A DNA stretch of 62,511 bases from Elsinoe ampelina (Eukaryota). The stretch lies in assembly GCA_010093995.1 (NCBI GenBank), contig ML992518.1, positions 62,001 through 124,511 of the forward strand, written 5' to 3'. Below are positions 38,084 through 50,209 of the stretch, piece after piece; positions within the stretch are counted from its first letter, which is position 1; each line of letters begins with the position of its first letter. Position numbers and translations under genes: made by a program. Under the pieces are notes generated by a model. That model searched no databases and was not told the origin of the DNA. It saw only the letters and a program-made list of their open reading frames with translations.

Positions 38084-39001
38084 CTACAGTGTTCCTCCCA
38101 ATGCATTGCTCGTCCATTGGTAGGATCCTAGGAATACAGCTCCCCCGATACTAATCCACATGGTCCTGGGACCTATTCCTCTCAAGAACACAGCCGCTCC
38201 TTCATCTTTGTAAATTCTCCTCGCAAGGCTGACCACGTTCTGCTTCTCCTTGGCCAACATTAACCTCGTCTTTAACACATCTAGTGGTGTCGTCAATCCT
38301 GCCGCCACGGCGCCACTCACGCTGCCGAACACGGCTGATATGCCCGCCGACACGTCCCCATCCTTCTGCCCCGGCGCCAACGACCACCTCTTCATGCCCT
38401 CCCACAACGGAAATTGGATCACCGTGAAAGGCACCTCCCTCATCACCGTGATCGACCACCCCCTATACAACTCCATCCACATCCTCCCCCACCCCTCGGT
38501 CCTCCTCAACGCCAAGATTGACCCCAATGCCGCCCTCGACGACGCAAACTGCCCCGCCTGCGCCCTCTGCTTCACCACCTCAGTCGGCACCCTGACCGCA
38601 CAAGCCGCCACCTCCCCCACCGAAGCAGCGAGACTGTGTACTCCAGCATCATACAGCCGCGACCCTTCCACGCCAAGCTGCTGCGGCCGTGCGAGGAATC
38701 GTTTGATCCCGTCGTAGGAGACGAAGAATAGCGCCGCGCCAGGGGCGGAGCCGACGACTGCGCTGCCTAGACCTGCGTAGACGCCGCGGAAGCCGCCCGA
38801 GGCGAGGAAGCCCGAGGGGGATTGCAGGCGGGTTTTGAGCGTGTCGAGGGGGAAGAGGGAAGTGTCGACTGTCGTGCCGGCTATACCCCCTGCCTTTGTG
38901 GGGTGTTAGTGGTATGGGAGTGGGCGGGGGAGATGGAGACTGACGAGTAGGGAGCGCAGGTAGGGTGAGTCGATGAGTGGTGGGGAGTGTTTTGCCTCCA
39001 T
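38084..39001 (-). CDS. PET8: Mitochondrial S-adenosylmethionine carrier (2 exons)
   Basis: '[37 protein letters not shown]', '[20 protein letters not shown]', '[14 protein letters not shown]', '[10 protein letters not shown]'; intron ~38944-38894. Confidence 0.92.
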
Positions 39002-39303
39002 GGCTGTTTGGGACAGCTAGACCACTGGACGCTCTGTTGTCACCGAATTGTGGGCATGGTGGGAACTCTTGTGAGGGCTAGAAAATAGTGTGATACATCT
39101 TGCATGCACAAAATGGAAAGGTCGCGGGTGATTCTATGGACGATTTCGAATGGCAAATTTGTTCATCGGGAAGCCGAAACGGGAAATTTTGAGGCATCCC
39201 CGACTTCGGTCGTTGGATGGAAACAACATCACGCATGAACCATCATCACAACCGCAACAAGTTTCAAATCTAGTATTGAAGAGCGAGTGGCATCCTCATC
39301 TGG

Positions 39304-41115
39304 ATGTTGCGACAGGCTCTCCACGATGTGAGCTTCATCGACAGCGTCTACGCAAAATTCCATGCTGCCATTTTCCCAGTATGGCGACAATTCCGACGTC
39401 CGCCTCGCATGGGCATCGCGCTGAGTGGCGGGTCAGACTCGATCGCGTTGGCATACCTCTGCCACAAGTTTCAGTCTTCCCCGGCCATCAGCAGAGCTTC
39501 CTTCACAGCGTTCATCGTCGATCACGGTGTCCGACCTGAATCTCTTGATGAGGCGCAAAAGGTTCGGAACATCATTCTCTCCAAAACTGGTCCGGCAAAG
39601 ACGACGTATGTTCAACGAGGTGGCCAAAGTATCGAAAAGATAAATGGCATGGACGTCAAGATACTCAAATTGGACTGGACCACGCATGTACCACCACTTC
39701 AGCTACCAAACTTTGAATCGCTGGCTCGGAGACTCCGATATCAGGCTCTGGCAAAGGCTTGTATCGCTCACGACATTTCCACTCTGCTGTTGGGACACCA
39801 TGCGGATGATCAAGCCGAGACAGTCCTGAGTAGAATTGCGAGTGGTTATGTCGGACCAGGTTTGAAGGCGATCGCAAGGGTTGGAGATATTCCCGAATGC
39901 GGTGGCTTTTACGGCTGCAAGTCTGGAAGACCTAAGCATGTTGCTACGAGATCTCCTACAGGTGCATTGAGTATAGACAGAGCGACAAGGATGATAGAGG
40001 ACGGAGGAATCAAGATTCATCGACCACTACTTGACTTCTCAAAGGAACAACTACGTCAAATTTGCTTGAAGAGTAGAATGAAATGGGTAGAAGACAAGAC
40101 GAATCGCGACCCGACCCTGACAGTCAGGAATACCGTTCGGAGTATGCTGCAAGAGGAAAGCATGCCGAAAGCGTTGAGTACAAAGTCCCTGGTGGAGTAT
40201 GCCAATAAACGAAGAACCCACGACGAGGCCGAAACGAAGGTGGTAGATGACATGTTCAAATCATGTACCATCCAATTGGACCTTGCAATAGGCAAGGCTG
40301 ATGTCCACTTTCCATCCAACATCAGCGATCTATTGGACGACAACGATCAGCTGCATGACAGGAATACAAGAGCTGCCCGACTGCTTCGGCGCATAGTCGC
40401 GCTTGTCAGTCCGCTCGAGCAGATCAGCCTCAAGGATATGGAAGTACCAGCACGACTGGTGTTTCCGTTCCTGTTTTCGAACGGTGGGTCAGACAAGGTC
40501 GACACAGGAGGAGTTGCACCCGTTGGCAAAGTATTGTTCCGAGTGCCCTCTGCTACTACTCCGCCGCAGGGTATAATTGACCAGCGGCACTTCAGCTGCC
40601 AAGTCTCGAGGGCACCACCCACCGGCAAGGACATTGTTGAACAACGGAAAATTCTTATACCAGAGATTGACCGACGATCAGAGTCCTTTGACTGGGCACA
40701 TACTAAACGGCAGCTATTCGACGGTCGATTTTGGATCAGCCTCAATTATCGCAGGTTCAATCTGATACCCGGCCATCGCTTCTCCGTACGCTTCTTGCAG
40801 TCCGCTGATCTTGAAAAACTCAACGAGAACGAAAGTAGATACGCTGTTTGGAAACCACTCAAAGAGCTGCTCAGGAAAAGGGCACCGGGTGCTGTACGAT
40901 TCACCCTACCCGCCATTATTGAGTCGTACTACACAGCCACTCCGTCGGGTGGTAGAGGGATGGTCGAGAATCTGATCGCCTTGCCTACGCTGGATTGGAG
41001 CAGTGCTGGTTGGTATGCTTATGACAAACGACTTCATCGAGAGGCTTGGACGTGGGAGTTGCGGTATAAGCAGATAGACTTTGGCCAAGGCTCAGGACAC
41101 ACGTTTGTTGCATGA
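39304..41115 (+). CDS. PP-loop ATPase, tRNA(Ile)-lysidine synthetase (TilS/MesJ)-like
   Basis: 'IALSGGSDS', 'IVDHGVRPES', 'ESLARRLRY', 'LGHHADDQAET', 'IHRPLL', 'EDKTN....TVRN'. Confidence 0.88.
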   Translation: MLRQALHDVSFIDSVYAKFHAAIFPVWRQFRRPPRMGIALSGGSDSIALAYLCHKFQSSPAISRASFTAFIVDHGVRPESLDEAQKVRNIILSKTGPAKTTYVQRGGQSIEKINGMDVKILKLDWTTHVPPLQLPNFESLARRLRYQALAKACIAHDISTLLLGHHADDQAETVLSRIASGYVGPGLKAIARVGDIPECGGFYGCKSGRPKHVATRSPTGALSIDRATRMIEDGGIKIHRPLLDFSKEQLRQICLKSRMKWVEDKTNRDPTLTVRNTVRSMLQEESMPKALSTKSLVEYANKRRTHDEAETKVVDDMFKSCTIQLDLAIGKADVHFPSNISDLLDDNDQLHDRNTRAARLLRRIVALVSPLEQISLKDMEVPARLVFPFLFSNGGSDKVDTGGVAPVGKVLFRVPSATTPPQGIIDQRHFSCQVSRAPPTGKDIVEQRKILIPEIDRRSESFDWAHTKRQLFDGRFWISLNYRRFNLIPGHRFSVRFLQSADLEKLNENESRYAVWKPLKELLRKRAPGAVRFTLPAIIESYYTATPSGGRGMVENLIALPTLDWSSAGWYAYDKRLHREAWTWELRYKQIDFGQGSGHTFVA

Positions 41116-41899
41116 GGTGGTGGACAGTCACAAGCATGCCAATGGCGGAGGGATCTGATTTGCAGGGAGCAGAGATCGATGGAGTACGAGTAGGACTCGT
41201 CCACTGTGTATCTTCAACATCAGCTTCGTAAAGCATCAACTTGCCCACTCTTTGGGTTATCGAGAAGGATGATACCGCAACCCATTCGTCAACGGAATTT
41301 TGACCAGCTCATGGTGACAGCTGTTCTATGGCATCATGGGAGATTGTGCGGGACCGATGATGGAGGAGGCGGCGCCACCGGTCACAAAAGCTGGAGAAAC
41401 ATCCTTCGGTGGCATTTGTTCCGAGCACAGAAATCCACTTTCACCCCTCTTTTCTCCAGACGACAGGGCAAAAGTTCACGCTGATCACGGCTTGTTTCGA
41501 CGCTTGAACAAGTACAACCAAGTGCAACCCAAGCGCACCGGCCTGTCTCTAGCTCCCTGGTCTCCACGCTTGGTTCTGCAACTAAAAGAGCACGAGAGCA
41601 AGTCGTCGACATGTCCATCACATTCTCTTGCTACCCCAGCTCGGCCAAGACTTCTGGAGTATCCGCGACATGACGCTCATTGGATACAACTCCAGATCGA
41701 GAGTGAGTCTTTGCAAATCGTGCCAGGTTTGCTGCACGGACGGTCTTGTGCCAACCACGACTGCGTCTGTCCTGCGACGAAGATCGCTGTCGACGTATAT
41801 GAGGCTATCGGTGACCCTGCACCTCTAAATGAAGCACCTTGCTCTTCTCTCGAGCGCTAGACAAACCTTTCCGCCGAGTCATAACTTTCCCCCGCCATC

Positions 41900-43369
41900 A
41901 TGAAGCTCTCCTGGCTCAAGAAGCAGTCTCTCAGGACGTCAGACAGCCAGCGCACAAAAGCTGCGGAGCTCACTCTCAGACAGTCGTTGTATCCTATCAT
42001 CCTGGTGACATCTCTGTTCTTCTTGTGGGTAAGTGATATCTCAACAATCCCTCTTTGTACCTCGACCTGACTGCAACCCTAGGGATTCTCATATGGCCTT
42101 CTCGACACTCTCAACAAGCACTTCCAAGTCACTCTAGGCGTCACCCGCGCCCGCTCCTCCGGCCTCCAAGCAGCCTACTTCGGCGCCTACCCCTTTGCCT
42201 CCCTCGGCCATGCCAACTGGATCATGAGAAAATACGGCTACAAGCCCGTCTTCATCTGGGGCCTCTTCCTCTACGCCGTCGGCTCCCTCATCGCCTGGCC
42301 ATGCCTCCTCTACCGCTCTTTCGGTGGCTTCTGCGCCGCCATCTTCGTCATCGGCAATGGCCTCGGCGCCCTCGAGACCGCCGCAAACCCCTACATCACC
42401 GTCTGCGGGCCCCCGAAATACGCCGAACTCCGCATCAACCTCTCCCAAGCCTTCAACGCCGTCGGCACCGTCGTCTCCCCCGTGCTAGGCTCGTACGTCA
42501 TCTTCCTCCGCACAGGCGAGGACGAACGCGCCCTCCGTAACGTCCAATGGATCTACCTCGCCATCGCATGCTTCTGCTTCCTCCTCGCGGCCGTCTTCTA
42601 CTTCTCCCCGATCCCGGAGATCACGGATGCAGACATGGCGTTCCAGGCCGAAGAGACTTACTCTCCCTCGGCCAGCAAGCCGCTCAGCAAGCAGTACAAG
42701 CTGTTCCACGCCGCGTTTGCCCAGTTCTGCTACACCGGCGCGCAAGTCGCCATCGCGGGCTACTTTATCAACTACGTCGTCGAGACGCGCGCCAACACCG
42801 ACGCATCATTGGGGGCCAAGTTCCTCGCCGGGGCCCAGGGCGCTTTCTCAATAGGACGTTTCGCCGGCTCTCTCATCATGAAGTTCGTCAAGCCCCGCAC
42901 CGTCTTCCTCGTCTTCATGTCCGGGTGCATCGTCTTCATCGCCCCCGCCATCGTCCACTTCGGCAACGCGGGGCTGGGCCTCATGTTCTGCGTCTTCTTC
43001 TTCGAGTCGATTATTTTCCCCACCATCGTCGCCTTGGGCATGCGGGGGCTGGGGCGGCACACGAAATTCGGCTCGGGCTTCATCATCGCTGGTGTCTCGG
43101 GCGGTGCGGTCGTGCCGCCTCTGCTCGGTGTGGCTGCGGACCGGTACAATAATACCGGCAGGGCCATGATTGTGCCGCTCATGTTCTTCGTCGCGGCTTG
43201 GTCGTATGCCATTTGTGTCAACTTTGTGCCGGCGTATAGGAATGTGGCGGATAGTTTTCATGAGACGAAGATTGGGATTGATCAGGTGGTCAAGAAGGAT
43301 GAAGAGGCGGCGAGTGATGCTGAGGTGCCGGAGATTAAGGAGGGGGAGGCGAGGAGGGAGAAGGTGTGA
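41900..43369 (+). CDS. MFS sugar transporter, L-fucose permease (FucP)/glucose-galactose family (2 exons)
   Basis: 'LVTSLFFLW|GFSYGLLDTLNKHFQ', 'LETAANPY', 'RINLSQAFN', 'FESIIFPTI'; intron 42029-42082. Confidence 0.9.
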
Positions 43370-43748
43370 GTACAGCTGAGTGGACGAGGTAGGGAAGGTG
43401 TGAGTAAAGCTGAGGGGAGGAGGTAGGGTAGTGGTGGAGCATGTAAATATGATTGATACCCTTTGGAAATACGCTCGTTCTTGTTCTATCTCGACCATGT
43501 GCCTTGATGATGATGAAAAGGCTACTCTCGAGCCGAACGGTCTGTTCAGATACAAAGCCCCATCTGGCGGAAGCGTCCAAGCAAAGTGCCTCGACCGCCA
43601 AGTCAAAAATGCACTTCGATCGTCTTGATAACATTCCGGAACCACATGCTTGGATGTCGAATGCAGCTGAACCACTGCACCACTTCCAATGCTGGACGGG
43701 TCACGACCTTTCCGTACGCCAAAGACTCAATGAAACCTGGCCATACAC

Positions 43749-45381
43749 TCAACCAGACTCCTCCTCCGTCACTTCAGCCGTCTTCTTCTTCACTGGTCTA
43801 CCGTACGCCCTTTCGGGCAATTTCCTAACAAAAATCGACAATGACGCCGCCAGCGTAATAATGATGATCCAGATAAAGTATCCGCCGAGGATCTTATGGC
43901 CAACACCAAAAGCGAAGAGACTGGCAAAGCCAGCAGGCGCTATTGCTCTGATGCCAGATACGAGTGTGAGAGCAAGAGCGTTGAGTGTGCCGAGAGTCTG
44001 ATGTGAAGGAGCAACGTCGTTGAGCGCGAGTTGGATGCCGGCTGTGCTGGGTCAGGACATGGTCAATTTGGGACGTGGGACGACTCACTGAATGTCATGC
44101 TCATACTGCTCCCCGCCAATGCTGCGATAATGGCAAATACCCAAAATTCCACTTCCTTGCCGTTTCTCCGCAAAATGCTGTTAATAGGCAACATCAAGTA
44201 GATGAAGCTGTTGTAGCTGTAGCAAACCTTGAGAACTCCCCCAGTGCCCATTCTCTTCTGAAACGGCGGAAAGACAAACAGCGTCCATAGCGCCTGACTC
44301 GCACCTGCAAGCGCGAGAAACATGCTGATCTGAATCGGTGACAATCCGTAGCCCCCCAACTCCGGACTCGTGAACCAAAAGACCGGCGCAACAGCCGTGT
44401 ACCCCAACGCCACCATCGTGTTCCATCCGTACAGAAACAAAGTCCATCCCACGCCTGGACTCTTCAACAGCTCCTTCGTCGACATTGGCTCGGCCTTCTT
44501 CCCTCCCGCCTTGCCGCCCAACGTCTCCTTCAACCCCACCGCACACAACACCGCCGCCGACACGGCAAACGCCCCACTCACCATCGTGGCCAACGCATAC
44601 GGATACTTCCTGAACAACTCATTCCCGCCAAACAAACCGGGATACTGCTCCACGGGCTCCGCCAATCCCCCACCAATAAACGGGCCGATAAAAATCCCAA
44701 AATTCCCCGCCACCGCGAAAAAACTAAACGCCCTCGCCTGCGTCTTCTTCGTGCTGACCTCGCTGAACATGGCCCTCACCGCCACCAGACTCCCCGCGAA
44801 AACGCCCGCCAGGCACCGGAACGCAATCATCTGCCACACGTCGGTCGCGAAGCCGAAGAGCGTCATGCCCACGGCTATGCCGAGGATGGAGACGATGAGG
44901 ACGGGACGACGGCCGTAGCGGTCCGATAGCCTGCCCCAGAAGAGCATGAGTGCCATTTGGGTGAGGGAGAAGAGGGATTCGATGAGGCCCGAGTAGAAGC
45001 CGACGCTGGATTCGGGGAGGCCGGTGAGGTAGATCATTTTGTTGACGAAGGGGAAGATGGAGAAGAACTGGTTCGGGAATGAGTCAGTGGGTGAGGTTTG
45101 GGAGGGATGGTGGTGGGGAGACGTACGGCTATGGGTTCTACCATGCGGGCGTAGCATAGGATGAGGATTTGGCCCTTGGGGAGCGGCGTGTCGTCGTCAT
45201 CGTCGGCGGCGGCAGGGGGGGCGTCGGCGGGGACAGTGTGCGTGGACGGTCCTTTGGCGAGAATGGCTTCTGCTTGGGCATCTTTGAGTCCTGCTACGGC
45301 TTCGGCGGCGATCAATGGTGTTCTCTCGTCGATAAAGTCTGGGACTTGGACGTTGGCGATGGTCGGCAATTGCGGCGACAT
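43749..45381 (-). CDS. MFS transporter (ZIFL/YCR023C-like drug:H+ antiporter type), multi-exon
   Basis: 'LPKGQILILCYARMVEPIA|FFSIFPFV', 'VGFYSGLIESLF', 'WGRLSDRYGRRPV', 'LGTLNAL'; stop TGA at 43751-43749. Confidence 0.85.
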
Positions 45382-45853
45382 GTCGGCGATTGGATTTGAG
45401 GGAGGATTTTATGACTGGATAGCGAGTGACATTGCGTGTAATGGCCTTGTGACAAGACTATGAGATGAGTGCTATTTGATGTCCTTGGATATAAATGCTT
45501 GGGAAACGAAAAGACAATTGCTGATATCAGTACTGTAATTGCCAACAACTCAGTAAATTATTATGGCGAATGGCCGATCCTTGACCAACCAGCAAGGCGC
45601 TATGCCGAAATGGGAAGGTGGTCGGTTCCCGGCAATCCAGCAAAATTCGACCAAAACCTCACCACTCGGCTTGGAATTACTTGATATATTGATCATGGTC
45701 CCAGCATAAAATGTAACGTTCAGCAAATGATCATTACTCGACTATGATACATAGTCTATGATCCATCCTGGCTGACCCTTGTGACGTTCTGTGAGCGTGC
45801 TTCACGCCCTTCAATTGCCATCCATGACCGGGCTTGTCCATAACATTACCAAT

Positions 45854-48800
45854 TCACGCGAGCCAACCTCCAAGTCTCTCCTTCTCGCTCTCTGTAAGTC
45901 TTCCCCAAACCTCTTCCGCCCCAGGTCGGCGTGCTAGCCCCTTGAACCAATCCACCAAGTACCTTTGTGTCTCATCGTCCCTTCCTCTCTGCTCGGGTCG
46001 ACCTTCACCAAATGCCATCAGCTGCTCTTTCGTCATACCGCTGCCAAGATCCAGGAAATCATGAGGGTCATCTTCCCACTCCTCTTCGTCATCGTCCTCA
46101 AGCCCTCCTGAACCGCCGGTAGCTGCCGAGATCGCACTCTGAGGCTCAGGGCCGGTGGCAGGCAGGAGCTCTTCGACAAGGATCTTGAGAATCTTGAGGT
46201 CAGCAGGGACTGAGGTGAATTGCGTAGGGTTCTGCTTCGCTCTGGATCTGGTCATGATGCGGGAAGACTGGGTGACGATCAAGTCGCCCTTGACAGTGAT
46301 ATTAGGCAGTGGTGTAGAAGGTAGGTCGTAAAGTCGGGTCAGTGCGATTACGCTGCCGCCTTATTAGTATACGTTATCCAGGATCCTGGAGCACTCACTT
46401 GACTCGAATGTCATCGTAGCCGGCAAAATTGATGCTGTTCTCAACCCATTTTGACATGACCACCTCGAATGCACTTCGGCCTTCAACTTCAGTCTGACTG
46501 AGGAAGTCGACCACCTCCCTTGCATTGTCGATACTGAGCCTAGCAAAGACCAAGATCAAGCTTTGGATGATAGCAGCCCTTTCTGCTGTAGCCAAGCGGA
46601 CGGCAACAGCTCTCAGTAACTGACCTAGGTACGGTCCCAGCCTTTCGCTACCGGCCTTCTCGACCAGTGTCGCAGCCAGTCCACCGACTTCTGATCCAGC
46701 ATTATCGTCGACCGTGGGAGACAGCAATCGGTCGACGACGATGAGGATCACTTCGAGACCGCCTTTACCCCCAGCGTCGTGCCAAGCAAACACTTGTTCA
46801 GCATCATGTGCCAGCATCTCTTTGACTACAGTGGTGGCTGACTTGAGTAATTCATCATGTGTACTGACAAGAAGAATGTGCTGAAGCTTGGGCATGACTG
46901 CGCTAACGTAGCCTGGTGGTAGTGGGCTGGATCCATTTTCGGTAAGGACAGAGAGCATGTCGGCAGCCAAGCTGGTCAAAGCGTTCTCCTCGGTCAGGTT
47001 GGCGATGTCAAAGGCTCCTGTAAGTGATGGGAGGACCTTGGCACAAAGGGCGGAGAAGGATTCTGGCGATGTGGAAGCAAGTGTCGAAGCCACTTCTTCG
47101 AACGTCTCGGTGATGAGCATGGCGAGCTGGAAATTTGAAGCTCCGTGCGCAGCCATTGTGAAGAGAAGGTCCAGACCAGATGCGTTATCAGCAAGCACCA
47201 CTCGAGTGTCCAGTAATATGGCGTCCCGGAGGGTTTCGAGAAGGGCAATCATAACATCCTCGGATTCGGCCAGATCATTTAGGTCCTGTGTAGCCAGAAA
47301 CTGCGACAGCGATGCAATGATGGTCACCTGCAATGGATGCGTCTGTGAGTGTTCGAGGGATGAGAGATACGACTGTAGAGCTCGGACACAAGAGACCTTG
47401 ACGACGTCTGACTCGTCCGAGGTCATGGCCGATAACGAGTTTGAGAGAAATTGCGTTCCAAGAGAAGCAAGAGAGGGCCCAGACGTCTTGATCAGCGAGC
47501 CTGCCACCAAGTGACCGCGGGCACGAAGGAAAGCTTCTTCATGATGGATGGCTTGACCAACAAATTCGACAAACCTGTGCGCTGCTTCAGCAGGTATGGT
47601 GCGATCCACCTCTTGAATGTCCCGCAGTAGGGAGTTCAAGGTGTACAGAGCCGCTTCCTTTGCCTTCCATTTCGATTCTCCAGAGAAAATAGCTTGTGAG
47701 TGTGCCAACATGCCATGAATTGTGGCATCTGGGATCCACTCTCCGAGCTTAATGGCAAGCTCACCGCAGGCTGTTCGTGGTGTGTAATTGGCAGTGACAC
47801 TAGACTCTTCTGACAGAAATATGTTGAGGTCAATGTCCCATAAGCCCTCCTCTTCGGTCGTGATATGGGCGTAGTTGACAGCCAGACGCATCACTTCGGT
47901 GACCCAATTCGCCGTTTCTGGTGACTGAAGCTGCCTTTGAAGCTCTTTGCGGACCGGTGGCGCTCTGAGACATGCCTGCATAAAGTCCAGCTCTTCCAGA
48001 ACAAGGAAGTCGAGAGTGTATGGCAGACCGTCGCCGTCTTCGAGACGACCCTGGCGATCATCTTCTATGTAGAATGCCTGGTACTGGCTTTGCAAAGTAC
48101 TGAGATCCTCCCAGACTGCCGAGAAGAGAGCCAAGCTCTGCGGAGCGAGAACGGATGGGAAGACGGACCGGATACGCATCAGTACCTTGACGACTTGCAG
48201 CTTCAGAGCTACAAGACCTCGGTAGCGTTCGGAAGCTGCCGACTTCTCGTCCTCGGCGGGAGGTTGGGGCAATTGCGATTTGATCGTGGCAAGCAAGAAA
48301 GGGTTCCAAGCATTCAACGTCTCTTCGGCGAATCCAGTTACAGCCAGCTTGTGGTCTTCCATGATCATTTCCAATGTATCAAAGCTTGATCGGAAGACGG
48401 AAATGGCAAGCGCTCTCAAGGTCGGCTTTCTCGACTCGTTCGCAGCGACGTCGTAGACAGTGCGGATGAGATCCCGTGCAACTTTGAAGAACTGCTCCTC
48501 ATTGAGGCAGTCATCAACCAGGTCCTGAAGTACTTTGAGCGCGCCATGGAGCTGGCCATCCGTGGCTTGGGGGATCAAACGAAGGAGGTCCGGTAGGAGA
48601 TCTGGCCACTCATCTGGGAAGTCAGCAGTGGCTATCTTACTGACGACCAGACTGGCTGCGCTCTTGATCTTCCTCTCCTGGGCATCGCCGGTAGCGATCT
48701 CGAAGAGCTGATGCCTGAGCTTCGCCTTATTCTCATCGTTAATTCTGACTTGGCCTTCAAAGTCGTCGAGATTAGGGGACCAGCTGGTTTCGACAAACTT

Positions 48801-48986
48801 CTTCAGTACCAGTAGAGCAGATTGTTGGATGTTGACAGGTACTGTATCGTGACTGGCAAGAGCGACAAGTCCGATTGGAAATTGATCGTGTTGGTAGAGT
48901 TGTTTGAGCTGTAGCTCGGCCTGCTTTCGAGGAGTCTCCTGAGCCGATTGCGTTTCCGCCAGGAGTTGCGCTAGTTGCTGCTCCAT
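45854..48986 (-). CDS. KAP114: Importin-9/Kap114-like karyopherin (2 exons)
   Basis: IBN_N start 'MEQQLAQLLAETQS...RKQAELQL', 'DFPDEWPDLL', HEAT repeats, and C-terminal 'GDLIV...RIMTRSRAKQNP.QFT' with an acidic loop; intron ~46398-46354. Confidence 0.88.
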
Positions 48987-49441
48987 GGCGTTCGTGCGTT
49001 AGGGCCGCGCCCGGCGAATGAACGAGTTTTGTTGCAGCTGCAGATGGGTATAGCTCCTGGACCTTGAGAGAGGGCAGCTGTCTTTGAGGGAAAGTTTGAG
49101 GAGTCCAGGCTGCGAATAATGTGTCTTTTGTGCGGTGGAGCTGTCATTCGTTTTTTTTTCGAGGTTAGATTAGTCGGCACATCCAATGACAGGATGCGTT
49201 CGACACCCCAGAGTTGCGATTAATAGATTTTGGCAGTATGGAAACCTGATCCAATGTGATTGATAGAGTGTTTGCTGCCTTTGTCGCCATCTGTGCCGCG
49301 TGTTGATCGTCAAAGCGATTTCTTGCCAAGACTCCGCCCCGCAACGCGTGAGGCAGACAGAATGCTCACATTTCGCTCGCATTTTGCGTGAATTGATTAT
49401 CCCATCACTGTTCCACAGTATGAGCTGACTACCCACTCGTC

Positions 49442-50179
49442 ATGGCCGACGAGGTCACGTATCACCATCTTGTCACAGCATTCACGACCTTCCTCACCGT
49501 CTCCGTCCACACGATCCTCTTCGAGCGGGCCATCTACCCCACCAACTCCTTCATCACCGCCCGCAAGTACAACTATCCAGTCCGTCAGAATCGACACCCA
49601 CGAGTATGCAAATGGATTACAGACGCCATCTCTGCAGTCGAGACTGAGCTGTTGAAGTGCTCTGTTGATCGTGTCGCAGTGGTCATCTACAATGGTCAAG
49701 ATCGTCCTCTTGAAAGATTCATGTTTGACGTCTCGCGCTTTCCTACGGTGCCCACGACCGAGCAGAACACACCATTGGAGCGACGCGACGAGAAGGGGAA
49801 CAAGATCGCGATATTGCCTGCAGGAGATCTGGAGGAGCAATTCCGAGCGACCATGAGCAGACTGAGTGGCTGTGGGACGCGGTTGAGAAAGATTCCAGAT
49901 GGTTGCACGTTCACCATTGCTGTGGAGCTCAAAGATGACAAGGAACCGCCGATCGGACATCCACAAGCATGGATACCTGCTCAACCGCAACTTCGAAAGA
50001 CCACAAGAAAAGATGGAGATAAGAGCCATGAGATCAGGGGTGAAGAGCTGGGTGGGCAAAAGGTCATTCCTGTCAGAACCATCAGTGCGGGCGACATGTT
50101 GCTCGAAGTCTGGATGGAGGAAGGCAAATCCAAATTTGAAGAGCGGAGACATAGCGATGGGAGTACAGATTCGGGTTGA
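49442..50179 (+). CDS. REV7: DNA polymerase zeta accessory subunit Rev7 (HORMA domain)
   Basis: 'FLTVSVHTILFERAIYP..SF..ARKYNYPVRQNRHPRVCKWI', 'LERFMFD', 'PPIGHPQAWIP'. Confidence 0.92.
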   Translation: MADEVTYHHLVTAFTTFLTVSVHTILFERAIYPTNSFITARKYNYPVRQNRHPRVCKWITDAISAVETELLKCSVDRVAVVIYNGQDRPLERFMFDVSRFPTVPTTEQNTPLERRDEKGNKIAILPAGDLEEQFRATMSRLSGCGTRLRKIPDGCTFTIAVELKDDKEPPIGHPQAWIPAQPQLRKTTRKDGDKSHEIRGEELGGQKVIPVRTISAGDMLLEVWMEEGKSKFEERRHSDGSTDSG

Positions 50180-50209
50180 ACAATAGATCCGAGCTATGTA
50201 TTGACTCGA

